A stretch of DNA of 46,570 nt, counting the filler, from Sphacelaria rigidula (taxonomy: Eukaryota): NCBI GenBank assembly GCA_964200075.2. It is 2 parts of 2 records of this genome, joined end to end, with 100 filler letters (N's around TTAATTAATTAA, not from the genome) between each part and the next. Parts side by side here need not be neighbours in the genome. Positions count along the whole stretch, not along the records: positions 23,338 to 46,570 come from CAXNAA020000274.1; 1 more part is not named here. One strand, written 5' to 3'. Made by a program: the position numbers and the translations under genes. Positions 26,515 through 36,500 of the stretch are shown one piece after another (position 1 is the first letter of the stretch; each line of letters opens with the position of its first letter). The notes under the pieces are model-generated. The model worked only from the letters and a program-made list of their open reading frames with translations, was not told the DNA's origin and ran no database searches.

Positions 26515-28043
26515 CTGTTGGCACGGAAAGCGTATCCGCGAGGAGGCCCCGTCCCGACAAAATGGAATCCGTGTTGAGAGGGTAGAGGATGACCACGGAC
26601 GTGAGCGCGGACGCACCGAGCGAGCATCGACATTTTCGCACCAAGCGGGACAAAACGACGCAGAATTGTGGCGACAGGGAAGGCGAAACGGGGGGGTCAA
26701 ATCTTGTTGATGAGTTGGGTCGAGCGGGGGAAAGTTGTGAGGACTACAGGAATACTACGCGCCGAGCACTGGGTTGCATTCTCCGCAACTGTGGGTCTCC
26801 TGTCTTCGAAACTACGACATTCAGAGACCCTATACTGTACTGCAGTAGAACCTTCATGTACATCTGTGTACACGACAACATTTGCTTTCGTACTTTCGTG
26901 TCGACATGGGTGGCATTCCGAGATGTGTTCGTGGTACGTTTCCAGGCACCGAGAGGACAGACAGTGCGGTATACAACGCAAAAAAGTTGGGTGCATGCGC
27001 AAGCGGACAGGGTAGCCGTAGGACCCGGTCGGTAAACTCTCCGCTGCAGTTGTGCTACTTCTCCACGAATGGCCATCCTTGTATGGCGTCCATGTTGCAT
27101 CGGATACTTATGCAATGGTAAGCTTTTACACCAACAAGGCAAGTCACGCTGTGTGTACGATTGTTGCAACGTAAGCCTTTTCGAAAGGAGTCCCTTGCCC
27201 ATCATCGTGCAAGACACACGAGAACCACCGCAGCATACCGTCGTGGACGTACATCGAGAAATGTAGCAAGCACTACATGCAAATACCAAGGCAAGCACAG
27301 GGTGAGCGAAATTTAGATGTACAATACCCCTGCGATAGCGCTCGATGGATGGAGACATAGAACAGCATAACATGGCAAAGCAACTGCGGAGAACGACGTC
27401 ACAGCCGGTAGGAAGGAGGAAGTGTGAGCGGAACCAATCTTCCCGCTTGCAAAGTACTTCCGACCGTACCGTCCGCATCTTTGAATCTTTGGACCCCATG
27501 GCATAATGGTGGCTCAACAAGCCCGTGCTCAAGTAGGTAGGTGAGGTCACCCATTTGCCCTTCGTCAAGACATTGCCATCATCCCTTGGTGTCGGGCAAC
27601 AGTGCTTCGGACAAACTGTTTCATGTGTGAGCAATGGTGCCCGCGGACGGTACTCGTAGAGTAGTGGAGGACATACAGTGCAGATAGTCAGTACGGTTAC
27701 GAGTACAGTACGGACATGCCCATCACGTTGAAATGAAACAGTGACCCACGCTGTGATCACCACATTGGATGGATGCATTGCTTGCAACGACCGTTGTAAA
27801 AAGACTGACGATTTCTAAACGACATCCTTGCTTGACGACTGCACAGAGAGCGGGCATAAAATAGCCATTGAAGCACAAGAAGACGATGGGCATGCAGCCG
27901 AAAGGTCGATGCCATGGAGCGGAGAGAAAACGACATACATCCTTGCTCCTTCTCTCTTTCTCTCCGTACCGTAATATAATAATAAAAAAAAGAACAGATT
28001 GCGGTGTGGAGATATGGTGGTGATGATAGGTGCACAAACTTGC

Positions 28044-28142
28044 CTTCACAAATTCCAAGGGCCATACGCACAAGGCCTCAACACCGCCAGCAATGCATCC
28101 CGAGGTGATAGATACCACCGGGTTGGAGCTCTTCTTGGGCAT
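28044..28142 (-). CDS. Mitochondrial carrier (SLC25, citrate/tricarboxylate carrier-like), first coding exon
   Basis: MPKKSSNPVVSITSGCIAGGVEALCVWPLEFVK matches carrier helix 1 plus the Px[DE]xx[KR] signature. It ends at AAG|gcaagt (GC donor), and an acceptor ttctctgaatcag lies 2 nt before the ATG. Confidence 0.85.
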
Positions 28143-29153
28143 GGCTGATTCAGAGAAGAAAACGCAAGATATATGTCACAGGGTGATGAAGACGGACGGT
28201 GGAGGATCGGGTAAGGCTGGTGCCGTGATTCACACACTCTGGTACTCAATATAGTACAGACAGTACAATACAGAGTACAACCATGAAGTCCGTGCAGCGG
28301 AACTGATGAAGAAGTGAAAAGGCACCAATGGAAGCTTGTACGCGTTGTCTGGCAAAGTGATCCAGCACGCACGTGATAATGCTATGGATGATTATGCATA
28401 AATCACACGGACGTTTGCATCACGATGTACGACGGATATCTACACCGCCAGCAAATGCTACTCGAGGCAGTGGTTGATCGTTTTCCTAAGCAAATGGCAA
28501 ACACCAAGCATTCCAACCCAGATATATACTGGAGGGCTCTGTGACGGTAAAAGTACCGTACGAGCACGCCAAGGGAGAAGGAAGTGCGCACCTTTGCTGT
28601 CGTGCTCCGTTCAATGCTGCAAAGTGCACAGCTACCCGAGGTTGACCTGGTGGGGAGTAGTCGGCGTCGTTGGAGTGGTGATATATTGCAATTGCGACAG
28701 GAGAGTAGATTCAGACCTCGTGCTGTATAATGCTTGCGGATGATAACAGTCGTGACGTTATGGCCGTGGTACCATGAGGTCACCTGCAACGATAATTAAA
28801 CTTTGTGTTCAGCAGCCTATGTTATTTTTCAATCACTATTTCATAGTCTGTAAACTTTGTGTAAATATGAATTTTCACGAGATTCTTATGTTGTTTGACG
28901 TGTTTCATTGCAACGTTGGGAAACTGAGAACTTCCAGATATGAATGATCTAGCACTGGTGCTGTTTTGATCATTTTTATGAACTCCATGACATTTTTGGT
29001 ACGCCCGAAGTCCAGGAGTATGATCAGTTTATTTACTATTGTGTGGAGTAGGTGCTGCTCGTACTCGTAGTCTGAGTTCGACTAATGAGTGAAAGAACCC
29101 AACGGCATATCTGTTTATAAAATAAACGGAGGTAATGTAACGTACCATGAAGT

Positions 29154-29225
29154 GGTCTTATGGTGTAGTCGGTAACACTGCAGACTCTGAATCTGCCACC
29201 CTGAGTTCGAGTCTCAGTTGGACCA
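29154..29225 (+). tRNA. trnQ-CTG: tRNA-Gln (anticodon CTG)
   Basis: 72-nt cloverleaf: acceptor GGTCTTA/TTGGACC, D arm with TGGTGTAGTCGG, anticodon arm GCAGA-CT[CTG]AA-TCTGC, T arm CTGAG-TTCGAGT-CTCAG. A T-run Pol III terminator follows, and a TATA-like tract lies ~30-40 nt upstream. Confidence 0.93.
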
Positions 29226-29564
29226 TTCCTTTTTTTCATTCGTCATGTTTTACAGAACTAAAAACCCTTTCGAAAACCGTGTTCCACACCCCAACAAGGC
29301 ACTCCCGAAGGTGAGACACATGGACGACTATATAATCCAATTTTTTGTCACCATACCCATTGCTCCTTTCAAATGTTGAATTTTCAGTATGTAGTAGGTG
29401 GTATTTCCCGGCACGTACCGCGAAAGTGCAGGCGCCACGTGCACCATGGAGTTGGATAAATCGAAGGCGTTACGTATACACAGGTGGAGTTGGATATCGG
29501 TCCTCCTTGCTGGTACCAATGATTGATGGATTTGGTAGACTGTCTCACTTTGAATTGTAAATCT

Positions 29565-29790
29565 GTGTGTGTTTGCATCTTATCTATTCTGGGTGCCAAG
29601 TCTGCACCTTTCGGTATATACCGCATGTATACGGCGGGCGCATTAGCGGGGGTCGCACAGGAGAAAGGTCAACACGGAAGTTAGTTTTCTGTATTTTGTT
29701 CCAGCACTCCATTTAATTTTCATCGCAAGAAGGGTTCAGCGATCCTTTCCCTGGTCGATCGTGAAGACGAATATTATTGTGTACCCATAT
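29565..29790 (-). mobile_element. tRNA-derived SINE, family B, older partial copy
   Basis: Matches the family B body (ttctgggtgcc...agcgggggtcgcacaggag...gggttcagc). Confidence 0.7.
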
Positions 29791-30659
29791 CACGTACGGC
29801 GTGCTAAATATTTCCGCCTGTATGTTAATCTTGCTCACGTCAGCCTTACATTACAAACGATCGATTCAAGACACTACTACTACTAGGAGAACTGTATCAA
29901 AGTGCTCCTTGCAACACCACCAAGTAGTGCTGCTCCTCCTGTGTAGGGCCTGGTTATGAAAACAAGACGTCGATGTCGGGGGCGGGAGATGTTATGGCAA
30001 GTGAAAAGGTGTACTCGTACGTATCTACAAACACGGAGAAGACAAACCAGGCCCGCAGAGACTCACCTAGAATTTTTTGAAGAAATGGGAACCTGAGCAT
30101 ACGTGAGGAACAAGGCTAAAATAAATGGAGGTCGCCCACTACCTGTATATCAAGGCTCCTTCACGTCCTCACCGATAGACACAATACCAGGCGTGCAGTC
30201 CATGACTTGATTAAACCACGGTCTAGGCTATTGGGCGCTGTGTCGGTCCAGGGTATCTCGTGATCGCCGTGTAAACAACTTCAGCTGGGGGATGCTATTA
30301 GTAGTAGATGCTAGAGCTCGGAAATGGTCTGTCTGACCATTAACTATATAGTCAAATGTTCCGTAATGGATTGGTCATCGAGCGGCGAAGCCGCGAGCCA
30401 AGAAGCCCCCCCCGGTTGCTCTGTCCAGAAAGGGATGCGTGGTCAATAGCCAAACGACCAAGGTAAGCAACAAATAAATGAATTCGTCACCCTCCACACA
30501 CCCAGCAGAGGGGGGCCCGCCGGAGCCGCTGGAGGCCGTGCCGGAGGCACATTTTTGGGCGATTTGGCTTCACTGTAGCTAAGATACGTGTTAGTATAGA
30601 GGTTATGAGTTCGAATCCGACATATTCTTTTTTTTTCGTCTGCGGTTGAGTTCATATAT

Positions 30660-31025
30660 TGTGTTGTGTGTGTGTTGTCGTCCCATTTATTCTGGGCGCC
30701 AGTCTAACCCTTTAGGCATATGTGGGCGCATCAGCCGGGGTCTCACAGGAGGAAGGTTAACACAGGAGTTTTTCTTTTTCATTTGTTTTTAGTACCCCAC
30801 CTTCCTTTTGCGGTGTATATTGCCTTTATTTTTATCGCGAGAGGGGTTCAGCAGTCCATTTCCCTCGTCGACCGTTAAGTCGAATTTTGTGTCGCCACGA
30901 CATGGTCGCTCTCCACTGTTGGACATGGTGTAAGAAAAAATCCTAGATCGCTCCGGGAATCGAACCCCACAACTCAACCACCAGAAGGTTACGAGGTTAC
31001 CAACTGAGCCACCGGGACGACCGGC
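30660..31025 (-). mobile_element. tRNA-derived SINE, family B, full length
   Basis: Minus-strand head gccggtcgtcccggTGGCTCAGTTGG...GGTTCGATTCCC and a (CA)-rich tail. Highly similar to 23600-23915. Confidence 0.85.
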
Positions 31026-31187
31026 ATTTTGTGCAGTACATTTCCTTTCATTTTTTGTCATTCAGCGGCAGTGCCGTGTGTTACCAGGTTGGTCTGCACT
31101 TTACAGCGATATGCTCAAGTCGCGCTGATTTGAGAAACTTGAGACGTTGTGGTGTGGAAAGCGAATGCGGGGTTTACTGTTGGGGCT

Positions 31188-31518
31188 GCCGCGCCCCGGC
31201 GATGTAATGGTCCAACTGTCGCCATTAGGGTGGGGAAAACGAGGGTTCGATTCCCGATGTGTTGTTTTTTTTCTTCGTAATATTTGATTTCCACGATGGA
31301 AAGCGTGAGAACGTGAGTAAACGAAGTAGTCGACTGGGTTTGTTTGACGTGAGTTGACGCGGTGAGGGAGTACTGACCCAATCCGCGAGACCAAAATATG
31401 CAAGGCGTGTACAACTTGTACCGGGGGAGTGATGGGGAAATCCCCAGAGAATGTTAGACCACGGACTCGCCCCGAGGAAGGGGAGGGGTTCAAAGTGCGA
31501 CAAAAATAGATATAAAAA
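31188..31518 (+). mobile_element. tRNA-derived SINE, family A, full length
   Basis: Head gccgcgccccggcgatgtaatgg...gggttcgattccc, shared body and tail, A-rich end. Confidence 0.8.
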
Positions 31519-31754
31519 CTGCTGGCCCAGCTCGTACTATTTCCGAGCTCTATGATAGTAAATGTTCTTGGCACCAACAACAATATCCTCCGCACTTCCA
31601 TGTACACTTGCAAAAAAATTCGGACCCAAACCGCACTAGAGAAGCAATTATGCACGAAAACGAGTCGGTCGTCTACTGTTGCTGGCCAGCTTATTTTGTC
31701 GCGACATCCAAAGCTGCTCCACGGTTGGTCGTAATGGATTGTAGCAGATTATAT

Positions 31755-32390
31755 GCCGCGCCACGGTGGTCTACTGGTACAGCTGGCGTCATTGGGGCGG
31801 GGAAAACGCGGGTTCAAGTCCCGCCAGATGCGTCTACTATAGTTTGGCATCTTTCTCACAAGTATCTATCTCATGTCTGGTTGGAAGCATGATTGAGGGC
31901 GTGAGAACGTGAGTAACAAAAGTAAACAGTGCTTCCGTGAGATTGAGAGCAGAGGATAGGATTGAGAGTGAGAAGCGGTCAGTGAATAAATGAATAAAAT
32001 CAGTTCCGAAATGACCCTCCACCATGCCCGGTACGCTCTTCTGCAGTAGCTTGCCACTGAAGCCCTTGATATCCCTGAGTAGGATATGAGCGTGTGGCTG
32101 TAAGCATACGCCAGTGTTGTAAGCAGAGAAAATCATACACAGGAAGAAAAAGTGGTCACCGAAAAGCTAATGATAAAAACCCATTCTGTGTCGACGCTCT
32201 ACTCTCAACCTCACGAAAACGTGGAGTCGACACGGTGCGGGAGTCGACGCGGTGCGGGAGTACTAATGGTCATGGTCCAATCCGCGATAGCAAAATGTAA
32301 GGCGTTTCCCCGGGGAGGAATGGGATGTGCTTCGAGACCACGGACTCGTCCCGACGAAGGAAGAGAAGCCGTTGAAAGTGCGAACATGCT
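31755..32390 (+). mobile_element. tRNA-derived SINE, family A, interrupted by a MITE
   Basis: Head with tggtctactgg / ggttcaagtccc and tail gagaccacggactcgtcccgacgaagg. Confidence 0.7.
31927..32223. mobile_element. hAT-like MITE, same family, nested in a SINE
   Basis: Ends cagtgcttccgtgagattgagag / ctctcaacctcacgaaaacgtg. It interrupts the SINE at 31755-32390. No clear TSD. Confidence 0.65.
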
Positions 32391-32667
32391 TTGATGGGGC
32401 AATCGTTAAAAAAAATGGGGGATACACTTACTATACTGGCGAACATGTTCTAGATTATGATGCGGACAAGAAGTTGACCCTTCAGGTCGACATCTGCCAC
32501 GAAACAACCTAGACAGGACAAACAACTTGTTGAAGCAACAGCATCGGACATACATCAACCATGACAACAATGTCCCGCCTCAACTCTCACAACGACACAC
32601 ATCAATAACGCGCCAAGTTAGTCAGGTCGCACAAGGAAACCACCGCAACCACACCACAAAAGCGCTA

Positions 32668-33580
32668 CTAGTTCAATCCGTAAGAAGCCAACCGAGACTT
32701 GGATACTCCTGAAGTCGCGGCCAACTGCGCACTACGCCCACCCCCCTCCTGGGATTTCCCCCTACCCTTCTTTCCACCATCCCGATCGTTCTTGCCGTCT
32801 CCTGCTCCCTTGCCCTTCTTTCCCCGCGCCCCGCGTCTTGTCTTCTTGACGCTCATGACAGAAGACCCGTTAGCCCCCTCATCTCCGGCAATTAGTCCTG
32901 GTTTGTCTGCAATACCATCGGCTGGGTGCGTGCCTACTTCCTCGGCGACACTGTCACTCTCCGTCCCCCCCTCCGTCTGCTGCTTTCCGGCACCCTCCGA
33001 ACCCCGACGACGTTTCTTGCTCGCCTTCTTTTCACCGGACTTGGGCGGGACATTAGGGTTAGCGTCATCATTATCGTCCGCCGCCGGTGGCTCCGCGTGG
33101 CCGTTCTGCTCATCACGCGCCGGAGCAGCCACAGGCTCGACGCGCGGAACCATATCTGCGTCTTGCTCACCTGTGCCGGCGCCGCCATCCTCTTCCTTAT
33201 TCCGCTTTTTCTTCTGGCCCTTCTTACGCCGGCGCCTCTTTCCTCCCGCCAGCTGATCTGCAATCGCCGGCGTTGCCGCGCTCTCGTCTTCGCCTGTTGC
33301 ACCAATGGCGGATGGCGCCGCGGCGGCTGCTTTCTTCTTGCCTCTCCGTTTTTTCTTTGCGGCTTTAAGAGCCTCTAGCTCTAGCTCCGCCGCCTTTTCT
33401 CGGGCTTTGACCTCTTCCCGCAGCTGTCGACGGCGGCGAGCGTCCAGCTTTGGTTGGTCCTTCCGATAGGGCGCAAGCTTCTTCAGAGGGACGTATTTAT
33501 TGAGCTCTTTGTCGTCGGCCAGTAGAATCTCTTCCGGGGACAGCCCGAAGTCGCTCGCTTTGACCTTGGTGTACTTGAAC
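32668..33580 (-). CDS. KRI1: KRI1 exon 10 (FKYTKV...Kri1_C domain, K/E/G-rich tail, SRLASYGLN*)
   Basis: Acceptor ggagcag at 33581-33583, stop TAG at 32668-32670. It forms the 3' part of the 373-aa ORF. Confidence 0.94.
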
Positions 33581-36500
33581 CTGCTCCATCGCAACGACAG
33601 GCGGAAGTTGGAACGGATGATCGCCCCGCACTGGTTGGCATAGCTCTCGGGTTGTATGTACCGCAGGAGATACGCCTTACGGTGTTTCGGGCTGCGCAAA
33701 AAATTTCGGTTAATTATGCACAGATTCAACCACGATGACACTCCAACACTCGAACATTGCAACATTGCAAGCGCAAGCTCAACAGACACCCGACGAGACG
33801 TTTTGTGTGACGGTTGCTCATGACCAAATATCAGTCTCGAACTAATCTCGATAAAATATTTTGATTCAGCACCTGCTCAAGCTCCCAAACTCCCGCAAGT
33901 CGGAACCTCTTCCCCCTGACGACACAATGGACAGTGGCTAGTTATTTAGAGAGTAGTGAAATGAGCCAGGATTCAAATCAAAGTCTTGTTCGGGATGGGA
34001 ATGACAAAGCAATGGACAACCATGTGCTACAAGCTCACCCCCCCACGCGCGCGCAGAATAGCAAATCGCCGACAAGCACTTTCTCTACCTGCAGGGAATA
34101 TCTCCGATGATGTCTTCATAGTCGAGCTTGTAGAGCTCGTCCAACAGTTTTTCTTTTTCCGCGCCCATACCCTCAAACCCTTCGTCCCCCTCTTCCTCCC
34201 CTCCTTCCCATTCCTCTTCCTTCCCTCCTTCCCACTGCCCTTGCCCCTCCTCTGCATCGTAACCCCCGCTGCCCCCTTCGATCCCTCCGGCCGCCCGATT
34301 CTCCGCGCTGTGGCCATTGTCTGCAGCAGCGTGATCATCATCTATATAATCAGGGTCGTTGTCGTTATACTGGTCAAGATCGCCGAGACCTTCAAGCGGA
34401 TCGTCCCCGGGCTTCCAATCGTCATCCGCGTCTTGTGCTTGGTAGTAACCGTCGCCGAACGCCTCTCCCGTCACAGCATCCCACCTGTAGCAGGAAAAGA
34501 AAAGGACTCACGTGTGTCGGTGTAGATGTAGGTGGAGGTGGAACAAATTATATTGCCAAGACGACGGTAAGAATCAAGGATGCTCAAAGGCTAACAGACA
34601 TATATGCGGGGTGGGGGGGTGGGGGGAACACATACGGTCTCACTCACTGCAAACGGGCCCTCCGTACCATGATACTGGGGTGCGCAAGAACAGCACTACT
34701 CAACACGAAATGGGATAATCAGCCCGCTACACTTAAGTATAGCGATCAAGTTGCCAGAGTGTACAGTGTGCACACATCGTAAACCGAGCAACGCAAGAGA
34801 AAAAAGGAACGTTGACAAAGGTAAAGGTACACCCGAACCGACGTGAAATATTGTCCCACATATCACGCAGTATACGCAAGACGCAGCTGACGCCCTCACT
34901 TCTCTGGATCAAAATCTCCATCCACCAGGTCCTCCGTCGCAATTCTCCGCGCCTTCCCCTTGGCCCCACCGCCTTCCGCGCCTTCTTCAGCTCCTTCGTC
35001 TACAAGAGCTCCGCCACTCATTTCCTGTATAACTTCCAGCCGTCGGCGTATTTCGGCACGCTTGATATTCTTCAGGCGGCGCAGTTCTGCTTCTTTTTGC
35101 GCGCGTTCCTCTGCCTTGCGCTGCCTGCGTTAGTTTTTCCGAACGATCCATGTGAAGACCGGACCGGTTTCGTGAGGGCACGCCGACTGGATACATGATG
35201 GTGGAACCCATAAGAAAAGAAGGATACCACACGAGTATGTACCTGGATGTTCCATAAATGCGCGTAGCTATAGGAAGACACATCCGTGAGCGAAGAGACA
35301 TCTTGGTCACGACAGTGACAGCGAGCAAGACTAGAAGTAACCGTAGCCTCACAGCATCACGTTATTTTATTGGAGGATGCGAGCAAGGGCTTAAACTGCA
35401 GTGTCAAAGGACTTCGAAGTACGCACTACAGGCCAACAAAATCAGCAGTCAACAAGCACCAAGCAAGGCAGCGCTGTTTAATGAGCCTTTTTTCCAAGCA
35501 GGACAAAGGACGACACGCGGATGGTGGGATTAGCGCAATGACCAAATGACGTCATGTGCCGTGTCGTCTACATGCCTGCACTTCGTCAGGATTGCTATGG
35601 TAGCCTCTCACCACGGGTTTAGGCGGTTGGGCATATGTGACACTGAAACAACAAAACGAATGGCCACTTGCGGCAATACACTCACTCACTTTCGGCTCTC
35701 CCTCTCTCGCCTCCTCTTATCATCTTGTCGACGCATCGAGCCTGGCACATTTCGGGAGTGCATGGCGATTTCTGTTCCCCCCTCCTGTAAAACGCCGGCC
35801 CCGAAGGACACGGCAAGCGTGACAATAAAAAAAAAAAAAGGAGGGCACTCGGGTGAAGGTGGACAAGTCGCGGAAGCGCCTGGAACATATCGTCAAACAC
35901 CGTACTCTTTGAAAGCCATGTACTCCGTGAAGCCTTGGACTACTCGTTCCTGCAGCAGTCAAAATCACAGCCTGATAGCCTGACGTTCGTCCCTTTGATT
36001 GCGTGCATCACCCCGATTTTGCAAATGGCCTCGGTAAATCGCGCCATCAAAATACTTTCGTTCGGGCAGTGTCCGCCTCTCACAGAGGTGCAGCGGTGAA
36101 ACGGTCAAGTTTTGAGTCATGCTGAGTAGTCAAGAAACAAACATGTACACAAACAATACCTTCCGTGGTTACGGGACCTCGGGGTGTCGATACGATTGGT
36201 AAAACGTGCCTTTTTTCAGGGCACTTGTTCTCACGCACCAGCACAACAAGTACCAGGCTAGGTGCTTGCTTTCACGACGTTGTTTGCTTCTTCTATATCT
36301 ACACTTGCACCGCAAGTTAATCAGGCTCCCCACGGCCGCTTGCGCAATGGAAACAAACTTGATTAGCACAAACCCACCCTTTTGTATGGATTACGGGTGA
36401 GGGGGGGCATTTTCCAAGTCGTTGACACAAGCGACTACCATGCAGTTTTTCCAACATCCTGCAACCATATGATCAAAAACGTTTTGATTCGTTTGCTCAT

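Larger units (their letters stand above)
30312..31552. mobile_element. TIR element (hAT-like ends) carrying two nested SINEs
   Basis: 17-bp inverted ends tagagctcggaaatggt / actatttccgagctcta. No convincing TSD. Confidence 0.55.

Noticed and set aside
26744..27787. 347-aa minus-strand ORF
   Set aside because: It lies inside carrier intron 1, is Cys-rich with no recognisable motif, and is probably a chance ORF. Its 'AQLQR' lacks a proper acceptor.
28300..28322. CTGATGA...GAAA as a hammerhead ribozyme core
   Set aside because: No stem II or flanking helices could be formed.
30940..31025. tRNA-like sequence as a tRNA gene
   Set aside because: It has A/B boxes but no cloverleaf and is attached to a repeated body, so it is a SINE head. 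The same applies to 5183, 31188, 31755 and 46444.
32699..34525. Several plus-strand ORFs of 93-185 aa
   Set aside because: Antisense shadows of GC-rich KRI1 exons.
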